From contig OZ241867.1 in NCBI GenBank assembly GCA_965203175.1, forward strand, positions 2,208,001-2,272,000: DNA of 64,000 nucleotides. Direction: 5' to 3'. Shown here in pieces: positions 20,225-29,468 of this stretch. The stretch's first letter is position 1. Each line of letters begins with the position of its first letter. The notes beneath the pieces were generated by a model. The model saw only the letters and a program-made list of their open reading frames with translations. It made no database searches and was not told the origin of the DNA. Source of the DNA: Candidatus Latescibacterota bacterium (lineage in GTDB: Bacteria > Latescibacterota > UBA2968 > UBA8231). A program made the position numbers and the translations under genes.

Positions 20225-20257
20225 GGCAAAACCTCCAAATGGTTAAATTTAGACGTA

Positions 20258-20285
20258 ATTATAGCTATATTTTTAAAAAAATCAA
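20258..20285 (-). promoter_or_regulatory. Sigma70 promoter of DUF2089 operon
   Basis: TTGATT-N16-TATAAT on the minus strand within a very AT-rich patch. Confidence 0.6.
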
Positions 20286-20347
20286 TAATAAAATTGAAAA
20301 AATTAACTTTCTTAAAAGAATAGACAGGAATCGGAGAGGTTTTGGAG

Positions 20348-21460
20348 CTATTCTTCCACGGCTGCGGACACCGCATTGGAAACCCGCCGCAGCAAGCTTC
20401 CGTTGGCGACCATTTGGTTGGTCAGTACCACGCAGCTTAGTTGGTGCTCTGCGTCCGCCCACGCCACCGTGCCAGTCGCCCCGGTGTGGCCGAAGGTGTG
20501 CTGCGACACCAGATCGCCCCAAAAGGCCCACACCCGCGCCCCGCACACGCCCCACCCAAGGCCCCACGGTGCATTGAGCGTGCCATTTTGATCCCTCGTC
20601 ATCGCTGCGACTGCGGCCGGGCTAAAGATGCGGTGGTCGCCGTATGCGCCGCGGTTGAGCATGGTTTGCAAGAGGATCGCCAGATCGCGTCCGGTGCTGT
20701 GCATGCCGCCCCACGGTGCTCCGAAATCGCGCCAGTACGGGGAATTCCACCCCCAGCTCCGCAATTCGTCGTCCTCTTCGGTGTCCGTCCCGCACCACAC
20801 GGTATCTTCAATAGCCCAATCGCCTATGCCCAATGCGCTGCGCTCCATGCTCAGCGGCGCGAAAATTTCCTCGCGTTCAAAATCGCGCAACCGCTGGCCG
20901 CTAACGCGCTCGACGATTGCGGCTGCCAGCAGGATGCCCTTGCTCTGGTAGCGGAAATCGGTCGCTGGTTTGTAGAGCAGGGGCGTCTGCATGGCCCGCT
21001 CGACAAAGACCTCTACCGGCTCGTGTGCCCGCCGCAGGCTGGTGTTCTCCGGTAGCATGTCGGGCATACCCGATATGTGCGATAGCAGGTGGCGGACCTT
21101 GATGTCGGGCCGGTCGCCGCCTGTGAACTCGGGCAGGTAGTCGATGGCTGGGTCTTCGAGTGAGATCAGGCCGCGGTCGACGAGGATCATCAGCGCGCAA
21201 GCGGTGACCGGTTTGGTGATCGACGCGAGGAGAAAGATCGAATCCGCATCGACCGGCTGGTCTGCGTTAGGTTTGCGCTGGCCAGCCCCGCGTGCGAAGA
21301 CCTCTTTGCCGTGCCGCGCTACTGTCAGGGAGGCCGCGCTGATCTGGCCCGCTTCGATAGCAGCCGTGAGCAGGCCGAAGGCGCGTTCGAGTTGCTCAGC
21401 CGACATGCCGACAGCCGCTGGGTCGCCCGTTTGCAAAACCGTTCCGTCTGTTGCCATCAT
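20348..21460 (-). CDS. Serine hydrolase, beta-lactamase class C-like family
   Basis: ASITK (SxxK), LLSHISG, FRYQS, FGHTGATG. Confidence 0.9.
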   Translation of the reverse strand: MMATDGTVLQTGDPAAVGMSAEQLERAFGLLTAAIEAGQISAASLTVARHGKEVFARGAGQRKPNADQPVDADSIFLLASITKPVTACALMILVDRGLISLEDPAIDYLPEFTGGDRPDIKVRHLLSHISGMPDMLPENTSLRRAHEPVEVFVERAMQTPLLYKPATDFRYQSKGILLAAAIVERVSGQRLRDFEREEIFAPLSMERSALGIGDWAIEDTVWCGTDTEEDDELRSWGWNSPYWRDFGAPWGGMHSTGRDLAILLQTMLNRGAYGDHRIFSPAAVAAMTRDQNGTLNAPWGLGWGVCGARVWAFWGDLVSQHTFGHTGATGTVAWADAEHQLSCVVLTNQMVANGSLLRRVSNAVSAAVEE

Positions 21461-21492
21461 GTTCCCTTTCTTTAGGTATATAAGGCGCAACA

Positions 21493-22212
21493 TTAATCAA
21501 CTAATCCGACCACTTCCCTCAACCCCGTCACCACTTGCACCCCGTCCTCTATCCATGCTGGCGGAGAGCTATCCGCGCCGAGCGACCGACGAATCAACAC
21601 CGGCCTGAGCCCCGCTGCCCTAGCCCCTGCTACGTCGTCTTCCGGTGAATCGCCGACAAAGAGCGCCTCGTCCGTCGCCAACCCCGTCTGCTCCAGTGCC
21701 GGGGCAAAGATCGCCGGGTCGGGCTTTTTGACGCCGACATCGCCGGAGACGACCACTGCGTCGAAAAAGGGGCGCAACGCCAGTTCGTCTAGCAAGCGAT
21801 GGACGTGCGGCGGATGGTCGAAGTTGGAGATCAGTGCCAGCTTGTAGCGGCCTTGCAACTCGCCGAGCACGCTTTTGGCCTCTGGGTCGAGCGGCGTATG
21901 TGCGTGCCACGCCGCTATGCTCGCCTCGCTGATCCGTCGCAATTCCTCCACTTCCAACTCCACTTCCAACTCCCCGACCAACAAGCGCATGCGACGCTCG
22001 TACACTGTCAGTCCGTCGTCCTGCACCGGCGGCTCGGGTTGGAGCAAGAATTCCTCGCATACTCGGATCAATGTTTCTTCGTCAAACGCACGGCCACTAG
22101 CGACCAACTCGCGGCGTATGGCATGGAACCAACTCTCTCCCGCAGCTTCCATATTGCCGTAGCACAACAGGGTGCCGTATAGATCGAAGAATACTCCTCG
22201 TATTTCAGTCAT
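21493..22212 (-). CDS. HAD-family hydrolase
   Basis: FFDLYGTL, ISN, KKPDPAIF, VGDSPEDDVAGA. Confidence 0.9.
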   Translation of the reverse strand: MTEIRGVFFDLYGTLLCYGNMEAAGESWFHAIRRELVASGRAFDEETLIRVCEEFLLQPEPPVQDDGLTVYERRMRLLVGELEVELEVEELRRISEASIAAWHAHTPLDPEAKSVLGELQGRYKLALISNFDHPPHVHRLLDELALRPFFDAVVVSGDVGVKKPDPAIFAPALEQTGLATDEALFVGDSPEDDVAGARAAGLRPVLIRRSLGADSSPPAWIEDGVQVVTGLREVVGLVD

Positions 22213-22284
22213 TGATGTCTTTCTAATTCGGCTTAGGGCGGATTTGCCCGCGTCCCGCAATTAGATAGCGTCTGCGCGGCGCAA

Positions 22285-22920
22285 TCACAACTGTTTCCCC
22301 ACCCACAGGGCACCTCGGCGCACCACTTCTTGGAAGGAAGGGTTTTCCAGCACTGCGTTGTCGTGGCCCAAGGCAAAGAAGAACACTCGGCCCCGACCAT
22401 AGGTGTGATGATAGGCCATGACGTGGGTCTCGTCGCGGCCGGGGTCATAGGCGTGTATGAGGTGATGCGAGCGGCTTGGATCGTGCTTGAGGTAGTGCAA
22501 TTCGTCGGTCACGGCAAAGTCTTTGAGGCCGGCGGCAATGGGATGGTCGGAGTCGGAGATGGCGACGGTGAAATCCATGTACGGGCTGTGGCCGTTGAAA
22601 AAGCCGTTGAGCATTTGGTGATAGCCGGCATTGTCGCGGAAGGAAGCGTCTGCGGTGTGCAGGCCGAAGAACCCGCCGCCGCGTTCGATAAAGTGCAAAA
22701 GCCCCTGTTCCTGGGCTTGGGTGAAGAGGCCGACATCGGTGAAGAAGAGGGTGGTGTCGTACGCGGCGAGGCCGTTGGCCATGACCTCGTAGTCGCGCGA
22801 GAAATCGGCCTCGATCTGGGCGTCTTGGTTCAGCAGGTCGGTTAGAAATCGGCCCTGGCCTTCGTGGTCGTGGTAGATGCCTTCGGTGCCGACGAATACT
22901 AATAGTTTAACGGGAGCCAT
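22285..22920 (-). CDS. ThuA-like (class I glutamine amidotransferase fold) domain protein
   Basis: GGGFFGLHTA, TDELHY, GRGRVFFFALGH. Confidence 0.85.
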   Translation of the reverse strand: MAPVKLLVFVGTEGIYHDHEGQGRFLTDLLNQDAQIEADFSRDYEVMANGLAAYDTTLFFTDVGLFTQAQEQGLLHFIERGGGFFGLHTADASFRDNAGYHQMLNGFFNGHSPYMDFTVAISDSDHPIAAGLKDFAVTDELHYLKHDPSRSHHLIHAYDPGRDETHVMAYHHTYGRGRVFFFALGHDNAVLENPSFQEVVRRGALWVGKQL

Positions 22921-22947
22921 GACGGGTTCCTCCTTTTAGTCTTAGGG

Positions 22948-23550
22948 CTAATCGGGAGCGGCCGCGGATTTTTCCCAGGGCCGGATAAAGGATTCAGGCT
23001 CGACGCCCAAGGCGTCTGCCACGCGGTTGATATAGTTGAAAAAGCCGATGATCTGGACGGCGTCGTGGATGCCGCGATCGTCAAAGCCGTGCTGACGCAA
23101 TTGGTCGATGTCCTCAGCGGTTGAGTCATGGGGGCGCTGGGTCAGTTTTTCGGCAAAGACGCATAGGGCATGGTCGGCTGGCGATAGATCGGCACGGCGC
23201 CAGTCCGCAGATAATTGGTGTACCAGCCGATCGGCCGGGGTTCCTTCTTCAATGGCAAAATCGCGAGCGACCTCAGCCCGGAGGTCGTGGGCGTGGGAGC
23301 GTAGTCAGTACACGCAATGGTTCGCGGCCGAAACGACCACGGCCAGCATTTCGCGCTGGCCTCGGCTCAGGGGTGAAGGGCCGTACATGAGGGTCTTGTA
23401 AAAATCCATTGATACCCTCATGGCCCGGGGGTTGGGGCTCATAATGGAGACAATGCCCCAAATGCGCCCGGCCCGAGCGAGGGCGGCTTCGTACTGCTTT
23501 TTGAGTAGGCCGGTGGCCCGTTTTAGGGGAATGATGTCTATATAGGGCAT
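22948..23550 (-). CDS. AhpD/CMD peroxidase-related selenoprotein (CxxU), 200 aa with in-frame UGA at 23305-23307
   Basis: REMLAVVVSAANHCVY-UGA-LRSHAHDL...FAEKLT...IIGFFNYINRVADALGVEPE continues in frame to TAG at 22948. SECIS-like hairpin follows the UGA. Confidence 0.85.
23268..23287 (-). promoter_or_regulatory. Bacterial SECIS-like hairpin
   Basis: CGACCTC-CGGGCT-GAGGTCG begins 17 nt 3' of the in-frame UGA; G-containing apical loop. Confidence 0.65.
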
Positions 23551-23715
23551 TTGCTGATCACCTCTGCGAGGACGTAACTACGCATTTGGCTGCCATGGCA
23601 AAATTTGTGACATTGTTGCGAGTTTTCAGCTTGCAACTGGAGATCACTACCGCGTCGAAAAAGGGACGCAACGCCACCTAGCGCAACAACGCGCCATATA
23701 GAAGGAGCCGTTTCC

Positions 23716-24609
23716 ATGTCCGTTCGCTTTGCCTTCCTCACCGATACTCACCACTACCCCGACGCCCCCGCAGACTACGGCGCTCCCAAGATGCTCACCC
23801 GCAGCCAGGAGGTGCACGACGCGATTCCCCCCGCCCTCAACGCGCAGGCTTTCGACTTTGTCGTCCACGGCGGCGACTTTCTCTGCGGAGGGTCGGCCTT
23901 TGACCTGCCCACCGAGACCTATTTGCGCTCGATTGACGAGGTGGTCACGGCCTTCGCGCGGCTTGAGGCCCCTTTCTACTCGGTCCCCGGCAACCACGAC
24001 TGCGACGCTCAGAGCGGTTCCTTCGATGGTTTTGCCGCCCGTTTTCCCTATCCCGATCCGCTGACCGTCGTCGATGCTGCGCCGCGTCTGCGACTGGCAC
24101 TGGCCCATGTCTTCTACGACTGCGATGTCTTTGAGAAAGGGTCTGGCGTCTGGACCGACGCGCTAGACGAGGCTCTGCGCGCTGCTGCTGCTCAAGCCCT
24201 AGCCGATGGCTGCGCGTTGCTGCTCGTTATGCACACTTGGATTTTGCCCGATTTCGCTTGGGACCGCGGCGTGGTCGCAGGCGCGCCTCGTCTGGTCAAA
24301 ACGCTCGACGAAAGCCCTGCTATCGTCGCTGCTTTCACCGGCCATCGCCACATCAACCGCATCACTGCCTACCGCGACTACCTAGTTGTCGATACGGCCT
24401 GTCTGATCGGCTTTCCCTTGGGGTATCGCAGCGTTGAACTCTCGGACGATGGCTTTTTCAAGACGCGCTTCCACACCCTCGACCTGCCCGATCTGATGCA
24501 AGCTTCCTACGACCGCTCGACGCCCGAGGAGAACTGGGTCTGGGAAGGCCACATCTTCGACCGGGACGTGGATATCCTGTCGCCTCGGCTCAGGGCGCTG
24601 TGGGGTTGA
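23716..24609 (+). CDS. Calcineurin-like metallophosphoesterase (Icc/CpdA-like)
   Basis: TDTH, GGD, GNHD, MH, GHRH motifs. Confidence 0.88.
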   Translation: MSVRFAFLTDTHHYPDAPADYGAPKMLTRSQEVHDAIPPALNAQAFDFVVHGGDFLCGGSAFDLPTETYLRSIDEVVTAFARLEAPFYSVPGNHDCDAQSGSFDGFAARFPYPDPLTVVDAAPRLRLALAHVFYDCDVFEKGSGVWTDALDEALRAAAAQALADGCALLLVMHTWILPDFAWDRGVVAGAPRLVKTLDESPAIVAAFTGHRHINRITAYRDYLVVDTACLIGFPLGYRSVELSDDGFFKTRFHTLDLPDLMQASYDRSTPEENWVWEGHIFDRDVDILSPRLRALWG

Positions 24610-24662
24610 ACGGGGCGACTTAGCGACTGCTCCATAAAACCTTATCGCCAGAGTCTGCTCAT

Positions 24663-26879
24663 TCACTTTCGGCCACCATAGCGGTTTAAGAGCTCGGCTG
24701 TCTCAGTAGCATTGTGTTCCGTCGCAATGTACAGCGGTGTCCGGCCCTCGTCGCTCTCAGCGTTGACCTCGGCTCCTTGGGTCAGCAAGACTTCGGTCGT
24801 TTCAGCCGCGTTGTGTGCTGCCGCCCAGTGTAGCGGAGTCCGGCCATATTGGTCCTTTTCGTTGCTGTTGGCTCCCTGTGTCAGCAAGACTTTGGCCGTT
24901 TCAGCCGCGTTGTTCCACGCCGCCTGGTGCAGTGGTGTCTGGCCATATTGGTCCTTTTCGTTGCTGTTGGCTCCCTGTGTCAGCAAGACTTTGGCCGTTT
25001 CAGCCGCGTTGTTCCACGCCGCCCAGTGTAGCGGAGTCCGGCCCAATGTGTCCTTGGCACAGATCTCGGCTCCTTGCTTCAGTAAGAGTTGGGCTGTTTC
25101 CGTCGCATTTTTTGCTGCTGCCCAGTGCAGTGGTGTCGCCTCCTCGCTGTTCTTGGTGTTGACTTCGGCACCTTGGGTCAGTAACAGTTGGGCTGTCTCA
25201 GTCGCATTGTGATTCGCCGCATTGTGTAGCGGTGTCCGGCCGTTGTTGCCCTTGGCGTTTATCTCAGCTCCTTGCGCGATCAACAATTGGGCGGTTTCGA
25301 TTGCATTTTCCCACGCTGCACTGTGCAGTGGCGTATTGCCAGATTCGTCCTTTTCGTTGCTGTTGGCTCCCTGTGTCAGCAAGACTTTGGCCGTTTCAGC
25401 CGCGTTGTTCCACGCCGCCTGGTGCAGTGGTGTCTGGCCATATTGGTCCTTTTCGTTGCTGTTGGCTCCCTGTGTCAGCAAGACTTTGGCCGTTTCAGCC
25501 GCGTTGTTCCACGCCGCCCAGTGTAGCGGAGTCCGGCCCAATGTGTCCTTGGCACAGATCTCGGCTCCTTGCTTCAGTAAGAGTTGGGCTGTTTCCGTCG
25601 CATTTTTTGCTGCTGCCCAGTGCAGTGGTGTCGCCTCCTCGCTGTTCTTGGTGTTGACTTCGGCACCTTGGGTCAGTAACAGTTGGGCTGTCTCAGTCGC
25701 ATTGTGATTCGCCGCATTGTGTAGCGGTGTCCGGCCGTTGTTGCCCTTGGCGTTTATCTCAGCTCCTTGCGCGATCAACAATTGGGCGGTTTCGATTGCA
25801 TTTTCCCACGCTGCACTGTGCAGTGGCGTATTGCCAGATTCGTCCTTTTCGTTGACGTTGGCTCCCTGTGTCAGCAAGACTTTGGTCGTTTCAGCCGTAT
25901 TGTTCCACGCTGCCCAGTGTAGTGGCGTCAGGCCCAATGTGTCCTTGGCGCAAATCTCGGCTCCTTGCGTCAGCAACAGGTTGGCCGTTTTGTTTGCATT
26001 TTCTGCTGCTGCCCAGTGCAGTGGTGTCGCCTCCCTGCTGTCCTTGGTGTTGACGTCGGCCCCCCATGTTATTAACAGTTGGACCACCGTTTCAGCCGCG
26101 TTGTTTGCTGCCGCCCAGTGTAGCGGTGTCCGGCCCAATGTGTCCTTGGCGTAGATGTCGGCACCTTGGGTCAGTAAGAGCTGGGCTGTTTCGGTTGCAT
26201 TGTTCCACGCCGCAGAATGCAGCGGTGTTGCGCCCGCAGAATGCAGCGGTGTTGCGCTCTGGTCGGTTTTGGCGTTTATCTCAGCACCTTGGGTCAGTAA
26301 GAGCTGGGCTGTTTCGTTCGCATTTTTCTGCGCCGCTTGGTGCAGTGGTGTCGCGCCATATTCGTCCTTTTCGTTGATGTTGGCTCCCTGTGTCAGCAAG
26401 ACTTCGGTCGTTTCAGCCGCGTTGTTCCACGCCGCCCAGTGTAGCGGAGTCCGGCCCGATGTGTCCTTGGCACAGATCTCAGCTCCTTGCGTTAGTAACA
26501 GGTGGGCTGTTTCCGTCGCATTGTTTACTGCTGCCCAGTGCAGAGGTGTCGCCTCCTTGCTGTCCTTGGTGTTGACGTTGGCCCCCCATGTTATTAACAG
26601 TTGGACCGTTTCAGCCGCGTTTTCTGCTACCGCCCAGTGTAGCGGAGTCCGGCCCAATGTGTCCTTGGCATAGATCTCGGCTCCTTGCGTTAGTAACAGG
26701 TGGGCTGTTTCCGTCGCATTGTTTACTGCTGCCCAGTGCAGTGGTGTCGCCTCCTCGCTGTCCTTGGTGTTGACGTCTTGGATATTGGCGAACACAAGGA
26801 AGCCAATGACCAAGAGCACCACTGCGCCCAAGATCTCCAATCGCCGGGCTTTAGTCTTTTTTGGCGGTCCGTTGCTCAT
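24663..26879 (-). CDS. Membrane-anchored ankyrin repeat protein 1 (~21 repeats)
   Basis: Basic N-terminus plus TM segment, GxTPLHxAAxxN repeats, C-cap LLNRYGGRK. Confidence 0.93.
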   Translation of the reverse strand: MSNGPPKKTKARRLEILGAVVLLVIGFLVFANIQDVNTKDSEEATPLHWAAVNNATETAHLLLTQGAEIYAKDTLGRTPLHWAVAENAAETVQLLITWGANVNTKDSKEATPLHWAAVNNATETAHLLLTQGAEICAKDTSGRTPLHWAAWNNAAETTEVLLTQGANINEKDEYGATPLHQAAQKNANETAQLLLTQGAEINAKTDQSATPLHSAGATPLHSAAWNNATETAQLLLTQGADIYAKDTLGRTPLHWAAANNAAETVVQLLITWGADVNTKDSREATPLHWAAAENANKTANLLLTQGAEICAKDTLGLTPLHWAAWNNTAETTKVLLTQGANVNEKDESGNTPLHSAAWENAIETAQLLIAQGAEINAKGNNGRTPLHNAANHNATETAQLLLTQGAEVNTKNSEEATPLHWAAAKNATETAQLLLKQGAEICAKDTLGRTPLHWAAWNNAAETAKVLLTQGANSNEKDQYGQTPLHQAAWNNAAETAKVLLTQGANSNEKDESGNTPLHSAAWENAIETAQLLIAQGAEINAKGNNGRTPLHNAANHNATETAQLLLTQGAEVNTKNSEEATPLHWAAAKNATETAQLLLKQGAEICAKDTLGRTPLHWAAWNNAAETAKVLLTQGANSNEKDQYGQTPLHQAAWNNAAETAKVLLTQGANSNEKDQYGRTPLHWAAAHNAAETTEVLLTQGAEVNAESDEGRTPLYIATEHNATETAELLNRYGGRK
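24853..25854. repeat. Apparently exact 495-bp tandem duplication (5 ankyrin repeats)
   Basis: Sequence at 24853 recurs at 25348 and the protein block is duplicated verbatim. Confidence 0.8.
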
Positions 26880-26955
26880 TTCGTTTCTCGCAATCGGGTG
26901 GTAGTGTCTGGTGGTGTTGGCGGCTGCGTTGGGTTTTTGCTATTGCTCTCTTGAG

Positions 26956-27260
26956 CGCATCACTGCCTACCGCGACTATCTAGTTGTCGATACGGCCTGT
27001 CTGATCGGCTTTCCCTTGGGGTATCGCAGCGTTGAGCTTACTGACGATGGCTTTTTCAAGACGCGCTTCCACACTCTCGACCTGCCCGATCTGATGCAAG
27101 CTTCCTACGACCGCTCGACGCCCGAGGAGAATTGGGTCTGGGAAGGCCACATCTTCGACCGGGACGTGGATATCCTGTCGCCTCGGCTCAGGGCGCTGTG
27201 GGGCTGAACGGGGCGACTTAGCGACTGCTCCATAAAACCGTATCGCCAGCGTCTGCTCAT
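26956..27260 (+). pseudogene. Duplicated 3' fragment of metallophosphoesterase gene plus downstream spacer
   Basis: Near-identical to 24358..24662 (RITAYRDY...LRALWG*), with no 5' part. Confidence 0.9.
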
Positions 27261-29333
27261 TCACTCTCGGCCACCATAGCGGTTTAATAGCTGGGCTGTC
27301 TCAGTAGCATTGTGTTCCGTCGCAATGTACAGCGGTGTCCGACCCTCGTCGCTCTCAGCATTGACCTCGGCTCCCTGCTTAAGCAGCAGTTCGGCTGTCG
27401 TAGCAGCATCCGTCTCTGCCGCATCGTGCAGCGGCGTCCGGCCCTTGTCGGCTTTGGCGTTTATCTCGGCTCCTTGCGTTATCAACAATTGGGCTGTTTC
27501 GGTTGCGTTGTCCTCTGCCGCCCAGTGTAGCGGTGTCCGGCCCTTGTCGGTTTTGGCGTTTATCTCAGCTCCTTGCGTCAGTAACAGCTGGGCTGTTTCA
27601 GTCGCATTGTACCAGGCCGCCTCGTGTAGTGGCATCCATCTCTTGTTGTCCTTTTCGTTGACGTCGGCCCCTTGCGTCAGTAAGAGTTGGGCTGTTTCGG
27701 TTGCGTTGTTCCTCGCCGCCCAGTGCAGCGGTGTCTGGCCCAATGTGTCCTTGGCACAGATCTCGGCTCCTTGCGTCAGTAAGAGTTGGGCTGTCTCAGT
27801 CGCATTTTTTGCTGCTGCCCAGTGCAGTGGTGTCGCCTCCTCGCTGTTCTTGGTGTTGACTTCGGCTCCTTGGGTTAGTAAGAGTTGGGCTGTCTCAGTC
27901 GCATTGTGATTCGCCGCATTGTGTAGCGGTGTCCGGCCGTTGTCGGCTTTGGCATTTATCTCAGCTCCTTGCGCGATCAACAATTGGGCTATTTCGATTG
28001 CATTTTCGCACGCCGCATTGTGTAGCGGTGTCCGGCCGTTGTCGGCTTTGGCATTTATCTCAGCTCCTTGTGCGATCAACAATTGGGCTATTTCGATTGC
28101 ATTTTCCCACGCTGCACTGTGCAGTGGCGTATTGCCAGATTCGTCCTTTTCGTTGACGTTGGCTCCCCGTGTCAGCAAGACTTCGGTCGTTTCAGCCGCG
28201 TTGTGTACTGCCGCATTGTGTAGCGGTGTCCGGTCCTGGTCGGTTTTGGCGTTAACTTCGGCTCCTTGGGTTAGTAAGAGTTGGACTGTCTCAGTAGCAT
28301 TGTGATTCGCCGCATTGTGTAGCGGTGTCCAGCCCTGGTCGGCTTTGGCGTTTATCTCAGCTCCTTGCGCGATCAACAATTGGGCTATTTCGGTTGCATT
28401 TTTGCACACTGCATTGTGCAGTGGCGTCACGCCAGATTCGCTCTTTTCGTTGACGTTGGCTCCCTGTGTCAGCAACAGGTTGGCCATCTCAGCCGCGTTG
28501 TTCCACGCCGCCCAGTGTAGTGGCGTCAGGCCCAATGTGTCCTTGGCGCAAATCTCGGCTCCTTGCGTTAGTAAGAGTTGGGCTGTTTCAGTCGCATTTT
28601 TCCACGCGGCATAATGCAGCGGTGTTGCGCTCTGGTCATTTTTGGCGTTTATCTCAGCTCCTTGGGTCAGTAAGAGTTGGGCTGTTTCGGTTGCGTTGTT
28701 CCTCGCCGCATAGTGCAGCGGTGTCCCGTCTTTGTCGTTTTTGGCGTTTATCTCAGCTCCTTGCGTTAGCAACAATTGGGCTGTTTCAGCCGCATTGTAC
28801 CAGGCCGCAGTGTGTAGCGGCATATACCCATATTTATTCTTTTCGTTGATTTTGGCTCCCTGTGTCAGCAAGACTTTGGCCGTTTCAGCCGCGTTGTTTG
28901 CTGCCGCCCGGTGCAGTGGTGTCTCGCCATATTCATCCTTTTCGTTGATTTTGGCTCCCTGTGTCAGCAAGAGCTCGGTCGTTTCAGCCGCGTTGTTTGC
29001 TGCCGCCCAGTGTAGCGGAGTCCGGCCCAATGTGTCCTTGGCACAGATCTCGGCTTCTTGAGTTAGTAACAGTTGGGCCGTTTCAGTCGCATTTTTCCAC
29101 GCCGCCCAGTGCAGTGGTGTCGCCTCCTCGCTGGTCTTGGCGTTGACGTTAGCCCCCCATGTTAGTAACAGTTGGGCCGTTTCGGTTGCATTTTTCCTCG
29201 CCGCCCGGTGCAGTGGTGTATTGTCAGCCTTTATATTGACGAACACAAGGAAGCCAATGACCAAGAGCACCACTGCGCCCAAGACCTTGGCCAATCGCCG
29301 GACTTTAGTCTTTTTTGGCGGTCTGTTGCTCAT
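27261..29333 (-). CDS. Membrane-anchored ankyrin repeat protein 2 (~20 repeats)
   Basis: Same leader, repeat consensus and C-cap as gene 1. Confidence 0.93.
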   Translation of the reverse strand: MSNRPPKKTKVRRLAKVLGAVVLLVIGFLVFVNIKADNTPLHRAARKNATETAQLLLTWGANVNAKTSEEATPLHWAAWKNATETAQLLLTQEAEICAKDTLGRTPLHWAAANNAAETTELLLTQGAKINEKDEYGETPLHRAAANNAAETAKVLLTQGAKINEKNKYGYMPLHTAAWYNAAETAQLLLTQGAEINAKNDKDGTPLHYAARNNATETAQLLLTQGAEINAKNDQSATPLHYAAWKNATETAQLLLTQGAEICAKDTLGLTPLHWAAWNNAAEMANLLLTQGANVNEKSESGVTPLHNAVCKNATEIAQLLIAQGAEINAKADQGWTPLHNAANHNATETVQLLLTQGAEVNAKTDQDRTPLHNAAVHNAAETTEVLLTRGANVNEKDESGNTPLHSAAWENAIEIAQLLIAQGAEINAKADNGRTPLHNAACENAIEIAQLLIAQGAEINAKADNGRTPLHNAANHNATETAQLLLTQGAEVNTKNSEEATPLHWAAAKNATETAQLLLTQGAEICAKDTLGQTPLHWAARNNATETAQLLLTQGADVNEKDNKRWMPLHEAAWYNATETAQLLLTQGAEINAKTDKGRTPLHWAAEDNATETAQLLITQGAEINAKADKGRTPLHDAAETDAATTAELLLKQGAEVNAESDEGRTPLYIATEHNATETAQLLNRYGGRE

Positions 29334-29352
29334 TTCGTTTCTCGCAATTGGG

Positions 29353-29468
29353 TGGGTCTGGGAAGGTCACATCTTCGACCGGGACGTGGATATCCTGTCG
29401 CCTCGGCTCAGGGCGCTGTGGGGTTGAACGGGGCGACTTAGCGACCCTTATCGCCAGCGTCTGCTTAT
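29353..29468 (+). pseudogene. Shorter duplicated phosphoesterase 3' fragment plus spacer (12-bp deletion)
   Basis: Matches 24535..24662 (WVWEGHIFDRDVDILSPRLRALWG*). Confidence 0.88.

Noticed and set aside
26911-27207. Functional 98-aa protein
   Set aside because: It is a chimera of ankyrin upstream DNA and the phosphoesterase tail, without the metal-binding motifs.
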